From positions 1 through 64,000 of the IMG/VR virus record IMGVR_UViG_3300046740_000358: a DNA stretch of 64,000 bases; one strand, 5' to 3'. Below are positions 27,494 through 37,046 of this stretch, in pieces; position 1 is the first letter of the stretch, and each line of letters opens with the position of its first letter. Source of the DNA: a virus. Under the pieces are notes generated by a model, which was not told where the DNA came from, did not search any database, and was given only the letters and a program-made list of their open reading frames with translations. The position numbers and the translations under genes are program-made.

Positions 27494-28450
27494 TCACGCC
27501 GCCTTTTTCGCTGGGATCGGCTTGCTGAGGGACACGCACAGCGATTCCGTGTGCCACTCCTTGCCGAGAGTATCGCCTTTGTGGGTCAGGCTGATCACCT
27601 TGTAGAGCCCGTCGGGATCCATGCGGGCCGGGCCGTGCTTTTTCTTCGTGACCTTCTTGCCGGGTTTCTTTGCGCCGGCGGCCTGCTCGGTGATGGTCCG
27701 CAGTTCCTCCTTCAGATCGTTGTTGTCGAGTTGGACCACGCCGCCGATCTTGATGGCCGGGTTCAACAGGCACCACGCCTTGATCCCCTTGTCCGTGACC
27801 TCCGGCGCCTTCAGCATGCCGGTGTCGGCGCGGATGACGATCGCTTCCCCGGGGAGAGTGCCCTCGAACGGGATGAAGTGGAGCACGCCGTTCTGGATGG
27901 ACCAGTCGCACTCGGCCGCCGCGGCGATCTGGTGGAGGTAGTCGCGGGCCATCCCGTTCATGACCTTGGCCCTCGAGCGCTTGCCCTTGTTGGCGGCGAC
28001 CGCCGCCGCGTTGCCAAGCTTCGTCGACTTGAACTGGCTGACGATGTGGTTCAGGACATCCGAGTCCGTGGTCCCCGCCGCCAGGACGGTGTTGATGACC
28101 GTGCCGTAGTAGTCGCCATCGCCGTCGCCCGCGATCAGTTGGGTGATCTGATCGTTGCCCTCCCGGTACCGCCGCGGGCGAACGAGGTTCCCCGCGAACA
28201 CGAGGCGGGCTTCGCGCTGGTAGCCGGCGTTGCACTGGACCTCGTCGAACTCCCCCTTGATCCGAGACTCGGTGTCGTCGGCCAAGTTGTAGATCAGGAA
28301 CTCGGCGTGATTCGGCGTGTGCTTGATGGTCTTCGTGATCTCGAACTTGATCCGGAAGTCCTGGTTCGCTACCGCGCCGTCCCCCGTACTCGCCTTGCCG
28401 ATCAGGAGTTCGAAGACCCGCCGGTACTGCAGGACCGGATCGGTGCTCAT
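27494..28450 (-). CDS. Baseplate hub protein
   Basis: F.I.K......N.A...IYNL, AGY, WSIQNG, TGM...P, LLNP.I..G, H.GDT.G..W. Confidence 0.9.
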   Translation of the reverse strand: MSTDPVLQYRRVFELLIGKASTGDGAVANQDFRIKFEITKTIKHTPNHAEFLIYNLADDTESRIKGEFDEVQCNAGYQREARLVFAGNLVRPRRYREGNDQITQLIAGDGDGDYYGTVINTVLAAGTTDSDVLNHIVSQFKSTKLGNAAAVAANKGKRSRAKVMNGMARDYLHQIAAAAECDWSIQNGVLHFIPFEGTLPGEAIVIRADTGMLKAPEVTDKGIKAWCLLNPAIKIGGVVQLDNNDLKEELRTITEQAAGAKKPGKKVTKKKHGPARMDPDGLYKVISLTHKGDTLGKEWHTESLCVSLSKPIPAKKAA

Positions 28451-28800
28451 GCGCTGGCGTCCGCCGCCGCCTCGGCCATCTCCTCCGCGCTCAGCCAGTA
28501 GACGTTGACGCGCACGCCGAGATCTTCCGACCCGGCGTCGACGTCCGTGTTCGCCTCGTCGAACGGGATCAGCGACCCGATGCCCAGCGCGTAGGGCGCG
28601 AGGATGTCCTGCCCCAGCAGGATCGGCACGCCCGACAGCAACTTGACTTGGTCGATCTGGCGCGTGATGTCGACGGTCCAGAACCCGGGATCCCCTGGAA
28701 TTCCTTCGTTCCAGCGGGTCTCGAAGTCGTACTTGGCCCCGTCGCCCAGGGCGCACGTGAAGACCCTCGAGGGCTCGCTGTTGAACGGGATGAGGAGCAT
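28447..28800 (-). CDS. Baseplate plug-like protein
   Basis: IP......F...L....Y....RWN.....W..D; synteny. Confidence 0.8.
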   Translation of the reverse strand: MLLIPFNSEPSRVFTCALGDGAKYDFETRWNEGIPGDPGFWTVDITRQIDQVKLLSGVPILLGQDILAPYALGIGSLIPFDEANTDVDAGSEDLGVRVNVYWLSAEEMAEAAADASA

Positions 28801-29456
28801 CAGAGGACCCCCGTCGCCTGGCCACCGCGCAGGAACACCGACTTCCGCTTGGCGACCGTCTGCTCGGGCGCCTGCTTGGCCCCGCTGGTGGTCTTCGGGT
28901 CGGCCTTGCGCGCGGTCGCCTTGTCGGCCCGCGGGGTGTACTTGACCGTCCTGGTGCTGACGATCCGCACCTCGCGCAGCGTCGCCCGGAAGAGAAGCGC
29001 GCCGCCCGTGCGCTTGTCCTGAGTCGCCCCGAGCTTCTTCAACAGCAGGCTCTCCCGGAGGCCCAGCCCCGTCTGGTACGAGAACGGGTTCCCCGACGCC
29101 TGCAGGTTCAGCATGTTCTGCAACGCTCGCGCGTGGCGGCTCAAGGTGTCGCCGCCGGCTGCAGGCACGAGCCAGTCGTAATCGCGCGCCAACTCTAGGA
29201 CTCGGTCCCGGTCGGACTGCCGCATCCCAAGCCAGATCTCCGACACCACCGCGTACATCTCGATCACCTTCGGCATCAGGACCACGTGGTCCGAGACGAT
29301 GAAGCCGGTTTCGACCGGGTTGTCCATGATGTCGAGCTCGGAGGTGGTGTCCTCCGAGATCACGGTGTCGAACTCGAAGGGCGGCTGGCGCAGGCCGTTC
29401 TCGTCGGTCCCCATGATCCAAACGCTCCGCATGGGAGGTGCAGTCATCACCGGCAT
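28800..29456 (-). CDS. Dit-like / tube initiator baseplate protein
   Basis: FD.VISE......I.DNPVE.G..VSDH; L.F..TLREVRIV. Confidence 0.85.
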   Translation of the reverse strand: MPVMTAPPMRSVWIMGTDENGLRQPPFEFDTVISEDTTSELDIMDNPVETGFIVSDHVVLMPKVIEMYAVVSEIWLGMRQSDRDRVLELARDYDWLVPAAGGDTLSRHARALQNMLNLQASGNPFSYQTGLGLRESLLLKKLGATQDKRTGGALLFRATLREVRIVSTRTVKYTPRADKATARKADPKTTSGAKQAPEQTVAKRKSVFLRGGQATGVL

Positions 29457-31735
29457 CAGTATTCCTCGGCGGTGCTGAGGTTGCGGATCACTCGGGCGTT
29501 TTTGGTCTTGGCCTCGTCGCGGACCTGGGCGGCCACCCGCTGGGCGAACCGCTCGACGTCGGCGGGCTTCATGGGATCGCCCTCGAACTTGAGATCGCCG
29601 AAGGTGAAGTGCTGGTCAATCTTGGTGTCGCCGCCGAGTTTGGACTTGACCAAGTCCAGCATCGCCTGGGGAGGAGCGTTGGCGGAGCCGCCGTAGGCCG
29701 CTCCCTGCATCCCGCCGACGCCGCCCAGCATGGAAGCGATGTCGATGCCGCTGCCCCCGCCGAACTTCCCGAACATCTCCTGGAGGCCCGCGACCAGCCC
29801 GGTCTTCTTTTCGTCTGCCAGCGCCGACGGGCGGAACCCGGGGCCCTCGGCGGTACCAGCCGCCGGCAGCGCCCCGCGGGGGGCGTACGGGCTATTCCAC
29901 GCCCCCTGGGGGCCGGTGTCCTGGCCAGGCAGGCGGACGCCGTCTCCCGCCGCCAGTTCCGCTTTCTCCGAGAACGTCGGCAGGGTCACCAGCCCGGTGG
30001 CGTTCATGGTCTCGGCGAAGGAGTTCCACGCGGCCTTCATCTTGGCCACGAGGTCGTCGAAGTGCGTTCCGATCGACACGATGGCCGCGAGGATGGGTCC
30101 GAAGACCGGGATGTTCACCAAGAACGCGGCGAAGGACATCCAGTTCTCGCGCATGAAGCCGGTGACCGCCTGCCAGTTCTGCCACAGCAGGTAGACCGTC
30201 GCGCCGGCGGCCAGCAGCGCGGCGATCACCAGGTAGACAGGCGACGCCACCAGCAGGAACGCTGCGGCCGCCTGCAGGGACGCCACCAGCGCCGCCGCCT
30301 TGAATGCGATGAGCACGCCGGCCAACGTCGACACCACCGTGATGACGCCGACGATCGCCACCTGGGCGGCCGCGCCGAACTCGCTCCAGTGATCCTGGAG
30401 GTACCCGACGACCTTGATGGCGCCGTAGATGGCCGCGCCCAGCAGCAGGACCGGGGCGAGAATCCGCGCCATGCTGAAAACGGCCGCGAGCGCCGTGCGC
30501 ACGAACGCGAAGCGCAGCGCGGCCAGGCCCAGTACCAATGTCCCGAGCACGGTCTTGGCCAGCCACAGACCCGCCGGCCCGAGCTCGGTCACGATCATGC
30601 CGGTGACTGACTCCCCCCCCGTGTAGAACGTGTAGAGGTCCTCGGCGATCAGCCCGATGGCCACCAGCAGAGCCCCGGTGAAGAGGCGCTTGAGGTTCAT
30701 CAGGCTGTAGACCAGCAGCCCCACGCCCTTGGCCACCTTCTCGAAGGCCAGCCCCGCCATCGCGAACCCCAACAGGACCGCCGTCGCCTTCACCGCCATC
30801 ATCGCGGTGTCCGACTTCAGGAACCACTCCACCAGCGCGGCCACACTCTCCACCGCCTGGGTGACCATACCGCCGATGCTGTTGCCGACATCGACGACCC
30901 GCTTCCCCAGCGCGGTCATCGCTCCGTCCGCCGTGAAGAACGCGGCGTTGAGCTTGGCGATCCCGCGCTTCATGCCCTCGAACAGCACCTCGCCCCCGCG
31001 GCGGGTGAGCATCTTGGCTGCCGAGATGATCGCGCCCTTCATGGCGTCGAAACTCGAGGCGGACCGCTTCAGCATCGGGTCGAGCTTGGAGAAACTGGCC
31101 TTGAACAACTCGAGCCGCTCGGGAGCGGTCATCTTGTTGAAGGATTCCTGGGTCAGTTTCGCCTGCCCCTGGACCTGACGCAGGAACGGCAGGAACCGCT
31201 TGAACAGGATGTTGATGCGGGTGGCGTGACCTTGGCCAGCGACGAACAATTCCTGCATCTCGCGGGCGGCCACCTGGTGCGGCACCTTCAAGGTGTGCCC
31301 GATGGCGGCCAGCTTGTTGGTGAACTCGGTAATCTGCTCGACCTTCCAATCGGGCACGGCGTCCTTGATGACCGGGAGCCCGCCGCGGAACATCTCGATG
31401 TATTCGTCAGCCTCGCCCGGGAGGAGCGCCGCATCACGGATGATCTGGTCCATCGTCGTCGCGGCTTCCTTCATGCCCGCGTTGAAGTCGCTGGAGATGC
31501 CGAGGGCGTCGAAGAACCCGGCCAGCGCGATGGTGTTCTGCTCGTATTCGTCGCTGATGTTGGCGATCGCCTTGACGGCCAGCCCGCCCAGGACGGCGCC
31601 GGCGGCCGCGCCGTAGGTCAGGAGTTGCGTCGAAGCCTCCTCGGCTCGCTTCTTGAAGGTCTCAAGGCCGGAGAAGTCCGGCGCGAAGCCCAGGGCGATG
31701 AACAGGCTGTCGATGATCGTGCCGCCGACAGGCAT
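29456..31735 (-). CDS. Tape measure protein
   Basis: IIDSLFIALGF N-terminus, long helical/hydrophobic body, follows the chaperones. Confidence 0.9.
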   Translation of the reverse strand: MPVGGTIIDSLFIALGFAPDFSGLETFKKRAEEASTQLLTYGAAAGAVLGGLAVKAIANISDEYEQNTIALAGFFDALGISSDFNAGMKEAATTMDQIIRDAALLPGEADEYIEMFRGGLPVIKDAVPDWKVEQITEFTNKLAAIGHTLKVPHQVAAREMQELFVAGQGHATRINILFKRFLPFLRQVQGQAKLTQESFNKMTAPERLELFKASFSKLDPMLKRSASSFDAMKGAIISAAKMLTRRGGEVLFEGMKRGIAKLNAAFFTADGAMTALGKRVVDVGNSIGGMVTQAVESVAALVEWFLKSDTAMMAVKATAVLLGFAMAGLAFEKVAKGVGLLVYSLMNLKRLFTGALLVAIGLIAEDLYTFYTGGESVTGMIVTELGPAGLWLAKTVLGTLVLGLAALRFAFVRTALAAVFSMARILAPVLLLGAAIYGAIKVVGYLQDHWSEFGAAAQVAIVGVITVVSTLAGVLIAFKAAALVASLQAAAAFLLVASPVYLVIAALLAAGATVYLLWQNWQAVTGFMRENWMSFAAFLVNIPVFGPILAAIVSIGTHFDDLVAKMKAAWNSFAETMNATGLVTLPTFSEKAELAAGDGVRLPGQDTGPQGAWNSPYAPRGALPAAGTAEGPGFRPSALADEKKTGLVAGLQEMFGKFGGGSGIDIASMLGGVGGMQGAAYGGSANAPPQAMLDLVKSKLGGDTKIDQHFTFGDLKFEGDPMKPADVERFAQRVAAQVRDEAKTKNARVIRNLSTAEEY

Positions 31736-31998
31736 CAGTGCTTCTCCTTGGCTTTGCGCTGGCGCTCCATCTCGACCCGATACCTCCTATGGTACTCCGC
31801 TTCCTCGTCCATCAGTTCCCAGAAGTCCGCCAAGTGGTTGATGGTGTAGGTCCCGTCGAGGAGTTCCCTCCGGCTGCACAGCGGCGGGTCGCGCGCGATG
31901 ACGCGCATGATTCGCCAGTCGATGTTGGCCGAGACGATCGGCTTGATGTCTACGTCAGGGGGAGCGGGCTCGAAGGCGAGTCCGCGTCGGAGAAAAAA
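31735..31998 (-). CDS. Tail chaperone C-terminal extension (-1 frame)
   Basis: LC...EL.DGTYT...LAD..E..D motif; no own start; reachable via slippery site. Confidence 0.75.
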   Translation of the reverse strand, partial: FFLRRGLAFEPAPPDVDIKPIVSANIDWRIMRVIARDPPLCSRRELLDGTYTINHLADFWELMDEEAEYHRRYRVEMERQRKAKEKH

Positions 31999-32459
31999 TC
32001 GCGGTAATTCTCCCGCAGAGCGGGGAGCAAGACCTGCCACACGAGTTTGGGCCGCCCGCCGAAGACGGTCTGAAACATGGCGCTGTCCGCCAAGGGGGCG
32101 TGTGAGGCGTTCCCCTTCCCCGGCTCCCGCTCGGCGGTGACGTGCGCGAACACCGTCTTGACGATGGCCAAGTATTCGTTCGGGTCTGCCGTCTGCAGGA
32201 TCGTCGAGATGGCCTTGAGCGCGCTGGCGCCGCTGGCCTCGTCGGCAGAGAACATCTCCATGACCTGGGCCAGTGTCAACTTCCGGACGTCCCCCTGTTG
32301 GGAGGAGAACGCGATCAGGAGGCGAAAGGCCGTCTCCCCGATCTGCTTGACGATGCGAAGGGAAATGAGAAAGGACGTCTCCGCCGGCATCACGCCGAAC
32401 GAAAACGTCCTCCCACCGATGGTCTCTTGGGGTGCGCTCATGGACACCAGCGTATCCAC
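31950..32459 (-). CDS. Tail assembly chaperone
   Basis: Between tube and TMP; ends NYRDFFS. Confidence 0.85.
   Translation of the reverse strand: MDTLVSMSAPQETIGGRTFSFGVMPAETSFLISLRIVKQIGETAFRLLIAFSSQQGDVRKLTLAQVMEMFSADEASGASALKAISTILQTADPNEYLAIVKTVFAHVTAEREPGKGNASHAPLADSAMFQTVFGGRPKLVWQVLLPALRENYRDFFSDADSPSSPLPLT
31992..31998 (-). other. -1 ribosomal frameshift heptamer T TTT TTC
   Basis: X XXY YYZ in frame at the chaperone end; -1 frame open to 31735. Confidence 0.75.
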
Positions 32460-32486
32460 GAACGCTCCCCATGGTCAAACCAGCCC

Positions 32487-32930
32487 CTACAGGTCGAAGA
32501 TCGACGCCCCGCCGTAGGTGTGGTCGGTGCGCTCGATGACGAGGGTCCATTCCATGTCGCTGGGCTTCTCGCCGCGGCCGAAATCGGCGGGCTTCTTGAT
32601 GTAGCCCACCGTCCCGATCGCCACGTCCTGGAGGGCCTGGTCCTTGGCGTAGAAGCGGATCGGGACGAAGGTCGCCGGCCCGCCCTCTTGGAGTTCGCAC
32701 AGCGTCCCCAGGTAGGTGTTCGAAGCGCTGTCGGCGGCGAACTTGAAGGTCACCTCGCCGCTGCGATCGCGGCTGCGAAAGACGGTCATGCGACCGTCCG
32801 CCCCCACCTCGTCGCTGAATGAATCGGTGCGTCGCTTGACGGTGACGACGTCGTCGCCCTTGGCGAACCCCCCGAGCGTCACCCCGTTGAGGATCCACGT
32901 CCAGGAGGCAAAGTCATATGGCATTTTCAT
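32487..32930 (-). CDS. Tail tube protein (DUF3277-like)
   Basis: GFA.GD, VGADG, S.SN..L; follows sheath. Confidence 0.9.
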   Translation of the reverse strand: MKMPYDFASWTWILNGVTLGGFAKGDDVVTVKRRTDSFSDEVGADGRMTVFRSRDRSGEVTFKFAADSASNTYLGTLCELQEGGPATFVPIRFYAKDQALQDVAIGTVGYIKKPADFGRGEKPSDMEWTLVIERTDHTYGGASIFDL

Positions 32931-32960
32931 TGGTCAGGTCTCCTTGGAGGAAGGTCCGTT

Positions 32961-34451
32961 TCAGCGGTCGAAGACGAAGGTGATGGCCGCGCCGTGGAAG
33001 GCGCCAGCGCCCTTGGCGGCGATGGTGATGGGCGGGGTGATGCGGATCGCCCGGTCCGATACCGACTGAGTCGCCATCGGCTCCATGCGCAGGCGGTAGC
33101 CGGTCTTCATGAACTCGCCCTGGGTGACGAGGTTGGCGATCGAAGCGCTGAGCCACGTGCCGGGGGCGAAGAACCCGTTTCTCACGAACTTCTCGCAGGC
33201 CGGGATCGCCCCCTGCAAGACCTGCTGGCCGCCCGCGTCGGTCTGCTTGACCTTGGTGGTTGGGGTCGCCAGCGCGGTGAAGACGCCGTTCTGGACCTCG
33301 GCCGAGAAGGCGTCGAGGCCAAAGCGCTCGTCCGAAAACACCCCGTCGGCCATCTTGCCGTTCTCGAGCTCGTTGAGCCCGGTCGCGCCCGGGGCCGCGC
33401 GGGTGACGTAGAAGTTCCCGTTTTTGGCCTTCATCGCCGCGATCTGGGTGGGGGTCAGGTTGCTCGCCGTGACGCCCGGGAGCTGCTTGAACATCAGCGT
33501 CCCCATGCCGTCGATCGCGTTCAGGTTGGTCACCTGCTCGCGCGCCATCGCCGACACCGCCGCGTAGGGCGTCTCCTGGTAGAGCACGAACGTGTAGCCG
33601 TACGATGTCGCCTGGGCGTAGTACATCAGGTCGGTGGTCGACGCCGGGTCGTAGCAGGTGACGTCCGGCGTGGTGCACCAGAACTTGATCTTGTTGGTCT
33701 GGCAGAACGCCATGCAGTCCTTGTTGTCCTGCACGCTGTTCTGCTGGGGAATGGCCAGGCCGTACCAACCGGCATCGAGCGCCAGCGTGGCGGTCAGGCT
33801 GGCGGTCATCGACTCGATGGCGATGCCGTCGACCTTGCGGGCGCCCGTGGTCACGGTGATCTGCAGGAGCGCCGTGATGTCCACCGGGGCGCCGCCGCCG
33901 GTGGGAGCCACCGCGTACGACACGAGGCTGGTCGCGCCGGTGGTGGGGCTGTTGATGACGAAGCGCCCGTTGGTGAACGTGCACGTCGTCGAGGCGAGGC
34001 CCGCGGCGAGCTTGGTCTGAATCAGCGCCGCGACGGCCGCCATGCTGGCCGCGCCCGACAGGTTCAAGGCCGTGACCTGGATCAGGGTGGCGTTCACCGT
34101 GATGTCGAACCCGCCGTTGGTGATCGCGGTGTACGAGGCCAGCACCTGGGTCACGCCGCCGCTCAGCAACTTGCCCGACTGCGCGGTCAAGAACTGACGA
34201 CCGATCTTGAACGGACCCGCCGGCCGCGGGATCTGCGCGTAGTACATGTTGGTCGCGAGGTACTCCTCGCTGGTCGCCGAGAAGCCCGCGGCGGTGGCGT
34301 CCGACGGCTGGGCGGTGATCAGCACCCGCGACTCGAGGGGAAGGACGGTGGACCGCCCGACGAACATGCCGGCGCCGAACCCCTGCACGCCGGGAGGGAT
34401 CGCCGAGGCAAGCACGGTGACGGGGACGATCGAATCAAGGGTGACGCTCAT
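32961..34451 (-). CDS. Tail sheath protein (DUF3383-like)
   Basis: EEY.A...Y.Q.P.P, TL.FKQLPGV, G.M..G.F.DE..GLD, GA.H. Confidence 0.92.
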   Translation of the reverse strand: MSVTLDSIVPVTVLASAIPPGVQGFGAGMFVGRSTVLPLESRVLITAQPSDATAAGFSATSEEYLATNMYYAQIPRPAGPFKIGRQFLTAQSGKLLSGGVTQVLASYTAITNGGFDITVNATLIQVTALNLSGAASMAAVAALIQTKLAAGLASTTCTFTNGRFVINSPTTGATSLVSYAVAPTGGGAPVDITALLQITVTTGARKVDGIAIESMTASLTATLALDAGWYGLAIPQQNSVQDNKDCMAFCQTNKIKFWCTTPDVTCYDPASTTDLMYYAQATSYGYTFVLYQETPYAAVSAMAREQVTNLNAIDGMGTLMFKQLPGVTASNLTPTQIAAMKAKNGNFYVTRAAPGATGLNELENGKMADGVFSDERFGLDAFSAEVQNGVFTALATPTTKVKQTDAGGQQVLQGAIPACEKFVRNGFFAPGTWLSASIANLVTQGEFMKTGYRLRMEPMATQSVSDRAIRITPPITIAAKGAGAFHGAAITFVFDR

Positions 34452-34463
34452 GGGCTTACCTCA

Positions 34464-35117
34464 TCAAGGGGTGATTGTTTTCGTGGTGACGCCGCCGGCC
34501 GGGTTCTCGACCGTGATGCCGGTGCTGCCGAGCGAAGCGAAGGTGGAGACGGGAGCATTCTCGGACGCGATCACGGAGATGTACAGATCCACCTGCCCGC
34601 GGCTCTCGCGGTGGGCGTCGGCGATGCCCGACAGGTTGCGCGCCTTGCTGGCCCCGATGAAGCCGATGTTCGCCGCGCGCAGCAACTCCGCGAACGTGGT
34701 CAGGCGCAGGCGTAGGGGCAGCCGCTTCGCTCGGTCGTAGGCCGCCGTCGTGAAGACGGGCAGCCCCTCGTCGTCGGCCGCCGGCGCCTTGCCCCGAAAG
34801 AAATTGACCGACACGGTCAGGTACTGCTGGACCGTCACGGCCTCGAGCTCGGAGCCGTCCTCCTGGGTGGCGTTGACGGCCTCCGGGATCGCGGCGTCTT
34901 CGTTGTCGATGAACGTGAAGGTCGCGAACTCCTCGCCGACGTTCCCGGTCGGCGCGTCCTGGCCCGCCCACCGCACGCTGTTCGGCGCCATCTCCATGGC
35001 CGCCTCGATGATGTCGCCGATGGCGCGGCCCAGCCGGTCAGACCCGGGGACCTCGAGCCCGACGGGGGGCTCGCCGCCGTAGTCGGAGGCCCAGCCCTCT
35101 TGCCATGCGGTGGTCAT
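34464..35117 (-). CDS. Neck / tail terminator protein
   Basis: VR...Q.AP, VSVNFFR, R.Q.D; synteny. Confidence 0.75.
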   Translation of the reverse strand: MTTAWQEGWASDYGGEPPVGLEVPGSDRLGRAIGDIIEAAMEMAPNSVRWAGQDAPTGNVGEEFATFTFIDNEDAAIPEAVNATQEDGSELEAVTVQQYLTVSVNFFRGKAPAADDEGLPVFTTAAYDRAKRLPLRLRLTTFAELLRAANIGFIGASKARNLSGIADAHRESRGQVDLYISVIASENAPVSTFASLGSTGITVENPAGGVTTKTITP

Positions 35118-35416
35118 GCGGGAACCCACTTCCCCTCGCGGATGAAACCGTGATGCCCGCACGTCGTGCAGAGCACGGAGGGGGACAACGTCAGGGGCTC
35201 CTCGCTCTCGACGGCCCACGATGGCCTCGTGGTGGTGTCGTTGAGCGGGATGCGAAGGCGCACGTACCCAGAGCATCGCGCTCCGGCATTATCGTCATGC
35301 TCCTCGATGAGCCCGACCACCTGGCCCTCGTAGACCATGGGGATGAGCGTCACTCCGTGGCCGATGTCGATCTTGCCCTTCTTCTGGTTCTCCAGAACGA
35401 GGTAGTCGAGGCTCAT
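35114..35416 (-). CDS. DUF6527-like small Cys/His protein
   Basis: W......LTLSPSV....CG.HGFIR.G.W. Confidence 0.65.
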   Translation of the reverse strand: MSLDYLVLENQKKGKIDIGHGVTLIPMVYEGQVVGLIEEHDDNAGARCSGYVRLRIPLNDTTTRPSWAVESEEPLTLSPSVLCTTCGHHGFIREGKWVPA

Positions 35417-35781
35417 GCTGACCTCGGAGGCAAGAAGCCCTCGGCGACGGCGTAGGTGTACCCGTGGGCCTGCCACGCCTCGGCCTTCATGACCCGGTAG
35501 TGCTTGTCCCCGTCGATCACCACGTCCGACAGGACCGCGGCCCCGTCGCCCTTGCGGATCGCGGTGGCGCTCCAGATCTCCACCAGTTCCGTGGAGCGCT
35601 CGCCCTCGGCCATCTGCTCGATGGTCTCCGGCGACGCCGGCTGGATGATGCCCACGGCGGGGATCTCGTCGTACCCCTGGACGCGGAACGCTCTCGAGGC
35701 GTCGAAGTCCCCGCGGGGTCGCTTGATCGTGAATGACCGGGCGAAGTCCGGATCGGTCATCATCTCCGAAACGTCGATCAC
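35413..35781 (-). CDS. Head-closure / stopper protein
   Basis: DV.E...DPDF, GIIQPA, EG.R, W..HGY. Confidence 0.8.
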   Translation of the reverse strand: MIDVSEMMTDPDFARSFTIKRPRGDFDASRAFRVQGYDEIPAVGIIQPASPETIEQMAEGERSTELVEIWSATAIRKGDGAAVLSDVVIDGDKHYRVMKAEAWQAHGYTYAVAEGFLPPRSA

Positions 35782-36236
35782 GGCGTCACCTGGTAGGTCA
35801 CGGTCTGCAGCACTTGCGACGTGTCGATCAGGGGCTTGCTCGACCCCTTACGTCGGATGGTCGACGGGGCGTTGGGCACCCACGGCCCAGCCACGATCGC
35901 CCGCTGGACCTCGCTCTTGCCGTACTCGCCCAGCAGGCCCAGCGCGCGCGATGCCGCCATGCGACCGTCGATCACGCCCTTCAGGTTGGCCTTGTTGAGC
36001 GCGCGGACCCCGGGCTGCGCCCGCTTGATGCCCGTGCGCAGCGCCGGCCGCTCCGGGATGGTCTCGGTCCCGAACTCGTTCCACGCGGCCACCTGAGCGA
36101 CCGACGTCCCGTCAGCGTACTTCGGGCCCTGGGCCCAGCCGATCTTCACGGTGGCGTGCGCCAGCGCGCGCAAGCGAGCCTCCACGGCGCCCAGGCCGGG
36201 GAGTTTCGAGCTTTGTGCATTGGTGCGCATGGTCAA
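35778..36236 (-). CDS. Neck / tail completion protein
   Basis: A.VA..NEFGT..IP.RP, PNAPSTI..KGS.KPLIDT. Confidence 0.88.
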   Translation of the reverse strand: MTMRTNAQSSKLPGLGAVEARLRALAHATVKIGWAQGPKYADGTSVAQVAAWNEFGTETIPERPALRTGIKRAQPGVRALNKANLKGVIDGRMAASRALGLLGEYGKSEVQRAIVAGPWVPNAPSTIRRKGSSKPLIDTSQVLQTVTYQVTP

Positions 36237-36619
36237 CAGACCGGAGCCGCGAGCGTCGAGCCGCCGAAGACGAGCTCGACGAGGTAGGTGTACCGCTGGC
36301 CGAACCGGGTCCAGCCGTACGGGTTGTTCATGTTGGCCAAGATGACCTGGGCATCGCGCTGGACCAGCACCCGCCCGACTTGCTTCATCGTCTCGGTCCC
36401 GCTGGCGGCGCCGACCGCGCCGACGGTCGCCAAGATCTTGTTGGCCACCAGCCGGTCAGCTACCCAGTTGGTGACGCCCTCGACGTAGAAGGTGCCCCAC
36501 TCGGTGACCGACAGGTAGGTAGCCGACGCGGTCAGAGCGGCCTGCACCGTCGGGTCCGGCCACTCCGTGACCGAATCGAACAGCGGTGTCATGGCCGCCC
36601 TGAATTCCGCGACGGTCAT
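36233..36619 (-). CDS. Head-tail adaptor (DUF4054-like)
   Basis: V.EFR...P.F, W.D, T.FGQ.Y. Confidence 0.8.
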   Translation of the reverse strand: MTVAEFRAAMTPLFDSVTEWPDPTVQAALTASATYLSVTEWGTFYVEGVTNWVADRLVANKILATVGAVGAASGTETMKQVGRVLVQRDAQVILANMNNPYGWTRFGQRYTYLVELVFGGSTLAAPVC

Positions 36620-36621
36620 GG

Positions 36622-36933
36622 TTACTTCTTGGGCTGCCCCTTGTCGGCTTCCTTGCCCTCGGTAACCGCCTCGACCACCAGTTGCGGGCGGCCGCGGTGA
36701 TCGTTCTTCAGCCACGACGCCGTGACCGGGTGGCCCTTCATCCGCTCGATGACGGCCGAGTCGACCTCGACCTCCCCGGGCGTCTCGATGCCGACGCCGT
36801 CCATCCCCGTCCGAATCCCAAGGCGAGGAAATTTGATGAGCCCCGACGCCGCGCCCCCGGGAGCCGCCGCACTGCTGACGCCCGGGAGGTCGAAGTCGTG
36901 CTCCGCGAAGTTCTTGACGATCACTTTTGCCAT
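36622..36933 (-). CDS. Hypothetical protein after the capsid gene
   Basis: SD AAGGAG; synteny. Confidence 0.7.
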   Translation of the reverse strand: MAKVIVKNFAEHDFDLPGVSSAAAPGGAASGLIKFPRLGIRTGMDGVGIETPGEVEVDSAVIERMKGHPVTASWLKNDHRGRPQLVVEAVTEGKEADKGQPKK

Positions 36934-37046
36934 GGGTCGGTCTCCTTGAAGTCTGGTCTCAGGCGGCGGCCGAGGACATTCGCGACCGCCACCTGTACGA
37001 GATTGGGCGACGAGGCCCGGAGCCGTCAAACCGGCCCCGGCTCCTG

